DNA of 28,509 nt from the IMG/VR virus record IMGVR_UViG_3300020045_015702, positions 1 through 28,509 of that record; one strand, 5' to 3'. A program made the translations under genes and the position numbers. The notes below the pieces were generated by a model. The model was not told the DNA's origin. It saw only the letters and a list, made by a program, of their open reading frames with translations, and ran no database searches. This stretch comes from a virus (Duplodnaviria; Caudoviricetes). Position 1 is the stretch's first letter. Each line of letters opens with the position of its first letter. This document shows positions 9,261 through 18,151 of the stretch, one piece after another.

Positions 9261-9774
9261 AAAAGAAAATAGAAGATGGACCGAAGAAGATATAAATTAT
9301 TTAAAATCAAATTACGGATCCTTACTTATTGAAGAAATTGCAAAACACACTAATAGATCTATTGATTCTGTTAGATATAAAGCTTCAAATATTGGTTTGA
9401 CTGAAAAGAAAAATTTATGGTCTAAAGCAGATATTTTATTTTTATCAGAAAATGTCAATACTATGCCACTTGATGTTTTAGCAAAAAAACTAAACAGAAC
9501 AGTAAAATCAGTTGCAACCCAAAGGTTTAAATTAAAATTAAGTAAAAAGCTCCCAAAAATGGAAAACAGTCCAATTGAGAAAAACATTCCTTATATTAAT
9601 TCAATTGCAGGTGAGCATTATAATTATATGGCAAATATGGATGTAGGAGATAGTTACGCTTATCCATTTACTGAGCGTCAAACAGTTATAAATGTTACTT
9701 CTTATTTTCCAGATAAAATATTTAGAACTAAAAAGATTGACGATACTACCAGGAGAATTTGGAGAATAATGTAA
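9247..9774 (+). CDS. DNA-binding protein with two tandem Myb/HTH-like repeats
   Basis: WTEEDINYL...IAKHTNRS..SV and WSKADILFL...LAKKLNRT..SV repeats. Confidence 0.65.
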   Translation: MKKFRKENRRWTEEDINYLKSNYGSLLIEEIAKHTNRSIDSVRYKASNIGLTEKKNLWSKADILFLSENVNTMPLDVLAKKLNRTVKSVATQRFKLKLSKKLPKMENSPIEKNIPYINSIAGEHYNYMANMDVGDSYAYPFTERQTVINVTSYFPDKIFRTKKIDDTTRRIWRIM

Positions 9775-9786
9775 AATTATAAAATC

Positions 9787-9820
9787 AAAAAACCATCATT
9801 TAATTATGATGGTTTTTTTT
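9787..9820. terminator. Bidirectional terminator between convergent genes
   Basis: AAAAAACCATCAT-ttaatt-ATGATGGTTTTTT perfect 13-bp inverted repeat overlapping the repressor stop codon. Confidence 0.7.
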
Positions 9821-10256
9821 GTTCCAAATACTTCGAATAATCTTCTGGCCGATATGCGTTTATTTCACGCAATCTTTTTATTTCGTCATACGCATCGTCT
9901 AGCATCTTTGCCAATCTATTAACGGCTCCAATGTCGTTACCTTCTCTTTTTTGGGCTGGATTTTCTTTGGTTATTAATTCTGGTCCATAATTAGATGATG
10001 ATTCTTCTACTTTGCTTAAATATTCCTTTTTATCATATTCTGATAATTCCATTTCTCCAATTCCATATTTGAGCCAATCTTTTGAAATACCTAACACTTC
10101 TGCAATTTTATCTAATTTTAGATTATCTGGTTTTCCTTTATTTTCTACATAATTTTTTATTGTAGATGGATGAATGGAAGATAAAACCCCTAATTTATTA
10201 GGGTTTAGTCCTTTTCGTTTCATTAAATAAACCATTCTTTCTCCTAAATTTTCCAT
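9804..10256 (-). CDS. CI-like repressor (XRE HTH, no peptidase domain seen)
   Basis: N-terminal HTH ending KIAEVLGISKDWLKYG.GEM; the only convincing intact minus-strand gene; divergent from a cro-like gene. Confidence 0.8.
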   Translation of the reverse strand: MENLGERMVYLMKRKGLNPNKLGVLSSIHPSTIKNYVENKGKPDNLKLDKIAEVLGISKDWLKYGIGEMELSEYDKKEYLSKVEESSSNYGPELITKENPAQKREGNDIGAVNRLAKMLDDAYDEIKRLREINAYRPEDYSKYLEQKKPS

Positions 10257-10281
10257 ACTTGCTATTTATAATGATTATAAA

Positions 10282-10346
10282 TTAGATATAATATCTAAAA
10301 TTATATCTAAAAATGTATTCAATATCTAATATTAGATGTATATTTG
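10282..10346. promoter_or_regulatory. Switch operator cluster and rightward promoter
   Basis: ATATCTAA at 10291, 10303 and 10322, inverted at 10282; palindrome ATCTAATATTAGAT 10324-10337; TATATTTG -7 element at 10339-10346. Confidence 0.7.
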
Positions 10347-10417
10347 TTCTGTACAAACGCCAAAAGCAAATGTACTGATAAAAAGTTAATTGAAATACTG
10401 AATAAACCATAAAAAAC

Positions 10418-10706
10418 GGTTGTCTGTTGCAAATGGTGCGCTGGGGTGTCAGCCTTAGGATTTCAAAGCTAAATCAACTCGTATTGATTTAGAATTCTTT
10501 GAAAGTCTTTACGCCATTCTAAAAGAGCGCAAAAAATAAGCTGGTGGGTTAAAGACAACCTGTTTGGGAAAGGCTGAAAAACGAAAACTACAAAAAATAT
10601 AGTTTATGGGTTCGATTGATAAAAACCTGCTAAATAACTGAAAAGCAAAAACAATTAAAACGCCGTTGGATTTGAAATAAGAATCTGCTTTCAATGCAAC
10701 AACGGC
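10418..10706 (+). ncRNA. Candidate structured leader RNA
   Basis: Several 6-9 bp complementary pairs in a ~450-nt stretch with no convincing ORF (see findings). Confidence 0.45.
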
Positions 10707-10796
10707 ACGATGAGCAAATGATGTTTCAAAATTGGACATCGAAGATACGCACATTTACAACACAATACGCTTAGAATAAATATAAATAAGAAAAAA

Positions 10797-11009
10797 ATGG
10801 AAAAGAAACTATCTGAGGAAGCGAAAAAGATCATTAGAAATGATATTCCTCTTCGAAAAAAAATTGCCGAACAGCTCGGCATTGAGCAAAACACAGTCTA
10901 TGACTATGTAGTAAGACCTAATCGGGAAAAAGCAATCACACGCTATCCAATTGCAATAAAAACCATTAAAGAGCATACCGGACTGAAAGAATCTCAAATC
11001 TTGATCTAA
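10797..11009 (+). CDS. Cro-like small HTH protein
   Basis: KKIAEQLGIEQNTVYDYV HTH; first gene of the rightward early operon. Confidence 0.65.
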   Translation: MEKKLSEEAKKIIRNDIPLRKKIAEQLGIEQNTVYDYVVRPNREKAITRYPIAIKTIKEHTGLKESQILI

Positions 11010-11014
11010 GAATT

Positions 11015-11293
11015 ATGAAAAAACTAATAAGAAACCTCAAGCGAATTGATGCTTTGATTTTGGAAATAGAAGATCAAATTCACGTAACGGAACGCTCCGA
11101 GTTTTACAGCGTTTTTGGTGCTGAAAAAGACAGGCAAAACGATATTGCAACACTTAACTCCGGCCTGAAAGAATTTCTTTCGGAGAAATACGCAATTCTG
11201 GAAAACATAAAGAGTCAAGCGGTTATAGATATGATGGATGTTTCAACCTACGAACGAAAAGTCACTCTCTTAAAATCAGTTTGCAATGGGTAA
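11015..11293 (+). CDS. Hypothetical protein
   Basis: ORF in tightly packed operon. Confidence 0.6.
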   Translation: MKKLIRNLKRIDALILEIEDQIHVTERSEFYSVFGAEKDRQNDIATLNSGLKEFLSEKYAILENIKSQAVIDMMDVSTYERKVTLLKSVCNG

Positions 11294-11477
11294 GAAAAAA
11301 GAAAATCCTAAAAATTCTGATTCCCACGTATCTCTGTTCGAGGAACAAAAAAGGGTAAAAAAGTCTGCCAAAAATTCTTTGATAATTGCCAAGGAACAGG
11401 AAAAACAAAAACTAAATGATGGTTTTGCCTATCAGCAAATTGACAGCAAAACGATGGTTCTTAAAAAAATTGTGTAA
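11286..11477 (+). CDS. Hypothetical protein
   Basis: Overlaps both neighbours in the operon. Confidence 0.55.
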   Translation: MGKKKENPKNSDSHVSLFEEQKRVKKSAKNSLIIAKEQEKQKLNDGFAYQQIDSKTMVLKKIV

Positions 11478-11632
11478 TGGAAAAAATGGACATCAAACGA
11501 ATTGCCGGAAAGTGGATGCTCAACGGCAAATCATACCCGGAATTGGAAGGAAAGGAAAAAACATTCTTTGACGAGTTTATAATCGCAATGCGATTAATGA
11601 AAGGTGTAGATAAAAGAAAAGCTTTCGCATAA
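11477..11632 (+). CDS. 51-aa hypothetical protein (not in ORF track)
   Basis: MEKMDIKRIAGKWMLNGKSY...KRKAFA; TAATG overlaps at both ends. Confidence 0.65.
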   Translation: MEKMDIKRIAGKWMLNGKSYPELEGKEKTFFDEFIIAMRLMKGVDKRKAFA

Positions 11633-11832
11633 TGCAGGCCGAAACTGCATTTAGCGTATTTGAAGCGCTTCCACCAATGGAAAAGCAACGACTATTGAAA
11701 ATGCTTTCTATTTCAGATGTTAAAGAAAAAAAGGCTAAAAAGCCAATAATTACGGATTCACAAGCCAGAGAAATCATTATTAACAAGTATAAAAATTTCA
11801 GCAAAAGATGGAAAAACAAAATAGCAATTTGA
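11632..11832 (+). CDS. Hypothetical protein
   Basis: TAATG-coupled ORF. Confidence 0.55.
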   Translation: MQAETAFSVFEALPPMEKQRLLKMLSISDVKEKKAKKPIITDSQAREIIINKYKNFSKRWKNKIAI

Positions 11833-11951
11833 ATTATGATGATGAAAGAACAAACAGGATGTTCTCTGTTTTCTTAATAGCCGTTGGATCTGCAACATTG
11901 ATTGGCTTTGGCTTAGGATGCCTATTAACATCATTATTTTTTAGACAATAA
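11808..11951 (+). CDS. 47-aa single-TM protein (not in ORF track)
   Basis: MEKQNSNLNYDDERTNRMFSVFLIAVGSATLIGFGLGCLLTSLFFRQ fills the gap before the HNH gene. Confidence 0.55.
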   Translation: MEKQNSNLNYDDERTNRMFSVFLIAVGSATLIGFGLGCLLTSLFFRQ

Positions 11952-11961
11952 AAATAGAATT

Positions 11962-12438
11962 ATGTCAGAATCAAAAGAAATATTTAAAGATTTCACGGGA
12001 TATGAAGGAATGTACCAAGTAAGTAATCTTGGAAACATCAAAAGTTTTAAATGTGGAAAAATAAAGATGTTGAAAAAATCTTTCAATTCAGGAGGATACT
12101 TAAATGTCACTTTCCATAAAAATAAATTTAGTACAGTTTTTTTTGTCCACAGATTGGTTGCTGAATTGTTTATTCCAAATCCAGAAAATAAATCTCAAGT
12201 AAATCACATTAACGGAATTAAAACTGATAATCGAGCTGAAAATTTAGAATGGAATAGTCAATCTGAAAATATTATTCACGCTAATTCAACAGGATTGTCT
12301 GATTCAAAACTAACAGAACAAGATGTTTTAAACATTAGAATATCAACAGATTCTAACAGGGTATTAGCAAAGAAATATAATGTTTCCAGTCCTGTTATTA
12401 GTAGAATTAAATCAAGAAAAATCTGGAAACATATATAA
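11962..12438 (+). CDS. NUMOD4-HNH homing endonuclease
   Basis: GYEGMYQVSNLGNIKS; VHRLVA...VNHINGIKTDNRAENLEW. Confidence 0.9.
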   Translation: MSESKEIFKDFTGYEGMYQVSNLGNIKSFKCGKIKMLKKSFNSGGYLNVTFHKNKFSTVFFVHRLVAELFIPNPENKSQVNHINGIKTDNRAENLEWNSQSENIIHANSTGLSDSKLTEQDVLNIRISTDSNRVLAKKYNVSSPVISRIKSRKIWKHI

Positions 12439-12503
12439 AAAAACCCAACACTAGTAATGTTGGGATTAAAACAAGTTTAATTTTTTAAATCAAGCACAAA
12501 ATT

Positions 12504-14510
12504 ATGAAAACAATTCAAATTAAAGAAATCAGCCTTACCAATTTCAAAGGAATCGTGAAATTAAATCTAGGTTTCCAACACAATACAGATGTATTTGGTG
12601 CTAATGGAACAGGAAAATCAACTATTTACGATGCTTTTTTATGGTTGTTGTTTGATAAAAATGCTGAGGAAAAGAAATCTTTCAGTATTAAAAACACAGT
12701 TGATATTTCTCTTAACAGACAAGATCACGAAGTAGAAGGTGTTTTGGAAGTGGATGGTGATATCATCACTTTGAAAAAGATTTACAAAGAAAAGTGGCAA
12801 AAGAAAAGAGGCGAAGAAGTTGCTGAGTATGTTGGAAACGAAACTATTTATTATTTCAACGAGGTTCCAATGAATCAAAAAGATTTTCAAGCAAAGGTTT
12901 ATGGAATTATGGATGAAACCATCTTCAAATTAATTACAAATCCTTATGCGCTTAATTCTTTAAAATGGCAAGATAGAAGAGGTATTTTAACTCAAATGGC
13001 CGGTGAATTGACTGATGAACAAATTGCAGAAAGCAATCCAGAATATAAAGCATTGCTTGCTAATCTTACACAAGACAAAACGATGTCCGATTATCTTAAG
13101 CAAATAAAAGCCAGCATAAAAAAATCACAGGATGACATCAAATTGATTCCAACCAGAATTGATGAGGTTTCTAAAACTAAACCTGAAGCTTTGGATTTTG
13201 AAACTCTTAAAAAATCACTGGAAGAAAAAAATACTCAATTAACCACTATTGATGAAAGCATCCAAGATAAATCTAAAGGACTGGATACAATTCTTAAAAG
13301 CAATGAAACTGCCAAAAGAACAGCATCTAATTTAAGATCTGAAATTTCAACAATTGAAACTGAAACCAGAACGGATGCCAATAATTCTGCTAAAATTGAT
13401 ACTTCTGTTTTGGATGGTTTGAATACCAATCTAAAAACTAAAAAGGAAGAACTACAAACTGCTGAAACTGCTTTGAAAACAGTCAAAGGTTTAGTTACTG
13501 GAAAAGAATCAGACCTAGTGGCTTTAAATACTAAAATTGAAGCAAAGCGTACAGAATGGACCAATGAAAATGCAAAAGTGTTGACATTTGAAAATGATTC
13601 TTTCTGTTGTCCAACTTGTCAACGTGCATTTGAAGAATCTGATGTCAATACAAAAAAACTTGAAATGACCTCAAATTTCAAGACAGAAAAAACGAACAAC
13701 CTAAATGAAATTAACAGGCAAGGTGGTTTGTTGGCAACTCAAAAAACAAATTTAGATACTGAATTAGAAAACTTAAAAACTAGAGTTTCTAATGGTGAAA
13801 AAATCATTACTGATTTAAAAGCCGATATCCAAAACATTGAAACAAACATTGAAACAGAAGTTGCTAAAACAACCAATGTTAAGCCGGTAAATGTTGATGA
13901 GGTATATAATCAATTGTTGAGCAATAATCCTGCTTACAGTGCAAAGAAAACAGAACTTGAAAAAGTTGAAAAAACAATTCAGGAAGTGCCAAAAGTAGAT
14001 GATGCTCAGTTAAAATTGGATAGAGAATCTTTGGTTTCTGAAATCGATGAACTTAAAACCAAATTAGGAACAGAAGCGCAAATTAAAGCTGTTGATGAAA
14101 GAATCAAAGTTTTAAGAGAACAGGAAAAGACATTAGCTCAAGAGATTGCCAATGTTGAAAAAACTCAATTTTTAATTGAACGTTTTGAAAAAGAGAAAAT
14201 GACAGCCATCGAGGAAAATGTTAATTCAAAATTCAGAATTGTAAAGTTCAAAATGTTCGAAGAACAGGTAAATGGTGGAGAATCTCCAGCTTGTGAAATT
14301 TTGGTGAATGGAGTTCCTTTTTCAGATGCCAATACAGCATCAAAAATAAATGCTGGAATAGATATCATTTCCACCCTTTGCAAATTTTACCAAGTATCTG
14401 CTCCAATATTTATTGATGGCGCTGAATCCATACACGACATTATGGAAACTGAAAGTCAATTAATCCGATTGGTCGTAAGTGAGCCTGATAAAAAGTTGAG
14501 AGTTGCTTAA
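12504..14510 (+). CDS. Rad50/SbcC-like coiled-coil ATPase
   Basis: Walker A GANGTGKS, long coiled coil with CPTC zinc hook, Walker B PIFIDGAES. Confidence 0.85.
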   Translation: MKTIQIKEISLTNFKGIVKLNLGFQHNTDVFGANGTGKSTIYDAFLWLLFDKNAEEKKSFSIKNTVDISLNRQDHEVEGVLEVDGDIITLKKIYKEKWQKKRGEEVAEYVGNETIYYFNEVPMNQKDFQAKVYGIMDETIFKLITNPYALNSLKWQDRRGILTQMAGELTDEQIAESNPEYKALLANLTQDKTMSDYLKQIKASIKKSQDDIKLIPTRIDEVSKTKPEALDFETLKKSLEEKNTQLTTIDESIQDKSKGLDTILKSNETAKRTASNLRSEISTIETETRTDANNSAKIDTSVLDGLNTNLKTKKEELQTAETALKTVKGLVTGKESDLVALNTKIEAKRTEWTNENAKVLTFENDSFCCPTCQRAFEESDVNTKKLEMTSNFKTEKTNNLNEINRQGGLLATQKTNLDTELENLKTRVSNGEKIITDLKADIQNIETNIETEVAKTTNVKPVNVDEVYNQLLSNNPAYSAKKTELEKVEKTIQEVPKVDDAQLKLDRESLVSEIDELKTKLGTEAQIKAVDERIKVLREQEKTLAQEIANVEKTQFLIERFEKEKMTAIEENVNSKFRIVKFKMFEEQVNGGESPACEILVNGVPFSDANTASKINAGIDIISTLCKFYQVSAPIFIDGAESIHDIMETESQLIRLVVSEPDKKLRVA

Positions 14511-14722
14511 TGAATGAGCATAAAATAAGAAGAAACCCCGATGAAACACTGGCCGAAAATTGCAAAGAAAACATTGGGGTTAAAATTGGAAGCTTTGATT
14601 GTACGGCCAATTGTCCACACAATAAAAACACCAAAAGAGAAATAGAAAAGCAAGCTTTCGATTTAGAGTTTGTTCGATGTGATAAAATTCAAAGCAACAA
14701 TCAATTAACAATAGAAATGTAA
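14510..14722 (+). CDS. Small Cys-rich hypothetical protein
   Basis: TAATG-coupled; CTANCPH motif. Confidence 0.55.
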   Translation: MNEHKIRRNPDETLAENCKENIGVKIGSFDCTANCPHNKNTKREIEKQAFDLEFVRCDKIQSNNQLTIEM

Positions 14723-14724
14723 TT

Positions 14725-14928
14725 ATGAGTGTATCACTTAGTAAACAAAGACAAGATTTGGACGAAGCATCCAGAATGTTAGAATCTAAAATTAAAGAAC
14801 TGACCTATAAACGTCAAGTTTTAATAAATGCTTTCAATTCTATTGACAAAAACCAAGAAAACATCCTAGAAAGCGGAAGCATTTTAGCTCAAGAAGCAAG
14901 AAAAATAATGAATAATATAAACCTATAA
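14725..14928 (+). CDS. Hypothetical coiled-coil protein
   Basis: ORF in operon. Confidence 0.5.
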   Translation: MSVSLSKQRQDLDEASRMLESKIKELTYKRQVLINAFNSIDKNQENILESGSILAQEARKIMNNINL

Positions 14929-14938
14929 ATTTTAAAAA

Positions 14939-15499
14939 ATGATACCAGAAAACACACCAGCAGTACAAAAAAATGAATTAAGCAATGTTGAGGTCAACAC
15001 ACTTCAAAGCTTTGATTTATCAAAAGAGTTACCCAATTTATCAGAGGCTAAAGTATTACCAATGGATTTGTTAAGTGAATATTGGACACCTGAAACTGAG
15101 GATGAATTTAAACTTTGTTTCTTCAAAGAACTTAAAACTGTTCTTTATACCGATTCAGAAAAAAAGACTATAGATCTACCATGTGTTATTTTAATTGAGC
15201 AAACACCACAAGGGATTTTAAAAACAATCCGTAATGGTTCAAAAAGATTGGTTGCAACAATTGAAGATGCCGTGAATAGTGGAAAACTACAAGAAGGTAC
15301 ACCTTTGAAAATTACATTTAAAGGTAAAGAGAAAAACGCAACAAATTCTTTTCAATCAGATAGATGGTCTGTCAATCCACTTTATGTTGAAAGTGAAATC
15401 CAAAAACTGGCAAACAAAGAAACTTTAGATTTTACAAATGAAGAATCTATTGAATTGGAAGTTTTAAAAACAACTACAGAACCAGGTCCAAATTTCTAA
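14939..15499 (+). CDS. Putative ssDNA-binding/annealing protein
   Basis: Occupies the recombinase slot between the ATPase and MBL nuclease; beta-rich core and acidic tail ending in F. Confidence 0.45.
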   Translation: MIPENTPAVQKNELSNVEVNTLQSFDLSKELPNLSEAKVLPMDLLSEYWTPETEDEFKLCFFKELKTVLYTDSEKKTIDLPCVILIEQTPQGILKTIRNGSKRLVATIEDAVNSGKLQEGTPLKITFKGKEKNATNSFQSDRWSVNPLYVESEIQKLANKETLDFTNEESIELEVLKTTTEPGPNF

Positions 15500-15501
15500 A
15501 A

Positions 15502-16242
15502 ATGGAACTTAAAATCATAGGAACTGGATCAAGAGGTAACGCTTACATCCTTGGCAACAAGGATGAAGCTTTACTCATTGATTGCGGTGTAAATATCAAA
15601 GAAATAAAACAAGCCTTGAATTTTGATTTCAGCAAAGTGGTTGGTTGCATTTGTACACATGAGCACATGGATCATAGTAAAAGCATTTGGGATGTGATGA
15701 AATTAGGAATCGATGTTCATAGCTCACACGGAACACTAAAAAGCCGATTTGTAGATGAACAATCTAGGGCAAAAGTGATAAAATCGCAACAATCATTTAC
15801 TGTTGGAAATTTCAAGATACTTCCATTTGATGTAATGCACGATGCAAAAGAGCCTTTAGGATTTTTAATTGAACATCCGGAATGTGGTAAAGTTCTTTTT
15901 CTAACTGATACTTACTATTGTAAATACACATTCCCTGGCTTGAATAATATCATCATTGAAGCAAATTATTCAAAGGAAATCATTGATAGGAAGTTTGGAG
16001 CAGAAAGCGGATTGGAATTTTTAAGAAACAGAATTCTAAAATCACATTTCTCACTGGCCAACTGCAAGGATATGCTTTCAGCCAATGATCTTACGAAAGT
16101 GAACAACATCGTTTTAATCCACTTGTCTGACAGCAATTCAGATGAAAAACAATTTCACAAAGAAGTTTCTGAATTGACTGGTAAAAACGTAACCGTGGCA
16201 AGTAACGGAATGAAAATTAATTTTAATAAAACACCATTTTAA
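15502..16242 (+). CDS. MBL-fold metallo-hydrolase (nuclease)
   Basis: GTGSRGN, LLIDCG, THEHMDH, HDA, TDT, IEANY, HLSD motifs. Confidence 0.9.
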   Translation: MELKIIGTGSRGNAYILGNKDEALLIDCGVNIKEIKQALNFDFSKVVGCICTHEHMDHSKSIWDVMKLGIDVHSSHGTLKSRFVDEQSRAKVIKSQQSFTVGNFKILPFDVMHDAKEPLGFLIEHPECGKVLFLTDTYYCKYTFPGLNNIIIEANYSKEIIDRKFGAESGLEFLRNRILKSHFSLANCKDMLSANDLTKVNNIVLIHLSDSNSDEKQFHKEVSELTGKNVTVASNGMKINFNKTPF

Positions 16243-16244
16243 CA

Positions 16245-16805
16245 ATGAGCAAAATTTTAGTATTAGACATTGAAACTACAGGATTTCTTCAACAAGGAGG
16301 TAAAATAGTTGAGGTTGGTATTGTTGAACTTGACCTGAATGACGGTAAAAGAGTTGTTTTATTCAGTGAAGTATGCCACGAAAAAGGAATCACCATAGAT
16401 GAAGTTAAATCATCTTGGATTGTCCAAAATTCAGACTTGACTGTTGAAATGATTAAATATTCAGGCAGCCTTGATGGTAAAAGAAAAAGAATTCAACAAA
16501 TATTGAATGATTATCCATTAGGTGCAACCGCTTTCAATAATGCTTTTGACTTTGGTTTTTTGGAAGATAGAGGTTTTGTTTTTCCTAAGAAACTACCATG
16601 TCCAATGAAACTATCAACTGACATCTGCAAAATTCCACATCCAAAAACATCAGGTTATAAATGGCCGAAAGTTGAAGAAGCTCATTTGCATTTCTTTGGT
16701 AATGTTGGTTATGTAGAAAAGCATCGTGGGGCTGATGATGCTTATTTTGAAGCTGAAATTGTGCACAAACTTTTTGAATTAGGAATTTTTAAAATAACCA
16801 ATTAA
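16245..16805 (+). CDS. DEDDh 3'-5' exonuclease
   Basis: LDIETTG, FNNAFD, HRGADDA motifs. Confidence 0.9.
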   Translation: MSKILVLDIETTGFLQQGGKIVEVGIVELDLNDGKRVVLFSEVCHEKGITIDEVKSSWIVQNSDLTVEMIKYSGSLDGKRKRIQQILNDYPLGATAFNNAFDFGFLEDRGFVFPKKLPCPMKLSTDICKIPHPKTSGYKWPKVEEAHLHFFGNVGYVEKHRGADDAYFEAEIVHKLFELGIFKITN

Positions 16806-17395
16806 TGACCAACCAAAACCAAAACCGCAACCACGTTATTTTTTGGATATCGATAATAATAGTCACTTTGTTAGTGACATTCAAAAGCCATTCCCAACCA
16901 AAGGACCAGGAACATTATCTGGCTTTTTCTACCGGATTAGATATCAAAAATGCCATAATTGGCAGCAAGGCAACTGGAGATAAACCCGCACTTGATTTAT
17001 TGTGTCAATTTGCAATGGTTTCCCAAAACATTGAAGTGAACATAGGATACGAGCGATTCAATGCCATTTGCTTTGACAAATTCACGTTTGGAGTTGGCTA
17101 TCATTTCCCACTTTATGGAAGAATTGGAAACAAGGTTATCAAAACTGTTTTGATTCCAAGTATAGAACCAACACTCATTGGCCGCTGGGGTGATGAATGG
17201 GAATGCAGAAGCTCACACCTTTCCATAAGTGGTAACCTAGCTCTAAGATGGCATTTAAGCGATAAAACAGCCTTGGAATTTCTTTCCAACTTTTTGCCAC
17301 GAACCGATTTATACTCTAGGTACCCAGAAATTCATTCGAGCGTTCCGATTGTTCCCAGTTATTATTTGAAAATCATTTATAAAATACAAAGATAA
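16805..17395 (+). CDS. Exported protein, possible outer-membrane beta-barrel
   Basis: Signal-peptide-like N-terminus ending SHS-Q; amphipathic strands (FTFGVGYHF, ISGNLALRWH, YYLKIIYKI). Confidence 0.55.
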   Translation: MTNQNQNRNHVIFWISIIIVTLLVTFKSHSQPKDQEHYLAFSTGLDIKNAIIGSKATGDKPALDLLCQFAMVSQNIEVNIGYERFNAICFDKFTFGVGYHFPLYGRIGNKVIKTVLIPSIEPTLIGRWGDEWECRSSHLSISGNLALRWHLSDKTALEFLSNFLPRTDLYSRYPEIHSSVPIVPSYYLKIIYKIQR

Positions 17396-17667
17396 TGGCT
17401 AAAAAAATCAAAAGGAAGGTTCATGTAACCTATAACAAGAAATCATTTTTGGCTCCTGAAAGCATTCATTCAATGGCTGCCATTTTTACAAAAATATATC
17501 CTGAAGGTATAGCCATTATTAGAATATCAGATTGTAATCAAACCATCAAGCTTTGGAATGATTTGAATGACAAAGATCAAGTCAAAGAAATGCTTACCAA
17601 AATCTCAAGCATCCAAAATACTTTGGAAGAATTTAAAAAAGAAGTAGAAATAAAATTAAACAAATAA
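17395..17667 (+). CDS. Hypothetical protein
   Basis: TAATG-coupled ORF directly upstream of the DGR targets. Confidence 0.6.
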   Translation: MAKKIKRKVHVTYNKKSFLAPESIHSMAAIFTKIYPEGIAIIRISDCNQTIKLWNDLNDKDQVKEMLTKISSIQNTLEEFKKEVEIKLNK

Positions 17668-17672
17668 TAAAA

Positions 17673-18149
17673 ATGGAAACATTACAAATTGACAAAGCGA
17701 ATGCTTTGAAAGCTCACGAAGAAGCTAACCAGAAAGGCAAATCATTATTGGAAAACCTATTTGGTAAAAAAGTTTTTCTAAAAGAAGTAAAGGACAGAAT
17801 CAAAAATTTTGATGATGTTTTGGCCGAAAACGGAATCTCAAGAGAAGATTTTGAAACATCCTGCAAAGGATTGGAACCGGATGAAATTGCCTATCGAATG
17901 GCAAAATTAGTATGCCTTGCATTCAATGAGGGATGGTTGCCAGATTGGACCAATAGCAATGAAGGTAAGTATGTGCCTTGGTTCAGGATGAGTTCTTCTT
18001 CGGGGGTCGGTTTTTCGTTCGACGACTGCGTTATTTGGTGTTCGGTTTCGCTTGTCGGCTCGCGCCTTTGCTTCAAATCTACTGATTTGGCAAAACACGC
18101 TGGACAACTTTTTGAACAAGAAATTTATAAACCTCTTTTTACAATTTAA
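17673..18149 (+). CDS. DGR target protein 1
   Basis: Contains VR1; W.PDW.N...KY.PWFRM...GSRLCF core shared with the next gene. Confidence 0.9.
   Translation: METLQIDKANALKAHEEANQKGKSLLENLFGKKVFLKEVKDRIKNFDDVLAENGISREDFETSCKGLEPDEIAYRMAKLVCLAFNEGWLPDWTNSNEGKYVPWFRMSSSSGVGFSFDDCVIWCSVSLVGSRLCFKSTDLAKHAGQLFEQEIYKPLFTI
17991..18067 (+). repeat. DGR variable repeat VR1
   Basis: 77 nt, 15 mismatches to TR, all at TR adenines. Confidence 0.95.
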
Positions 18150-18151
18150 AA

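Noticed and set aside
10509-10997. Minus-strand ORFs 10509-10754, 10691-10894 and 10809-10997
   Set aside because: No recognisable motifs; they overlap each other, the cro-like gene or the structured leader
12444-12464. CCCAACA/TGTTGGG hairpin after the HNH gene as a + strand terminator
   Set aside because: No U-tract directly on the + strand; at most a minus-strand terminator or processing site
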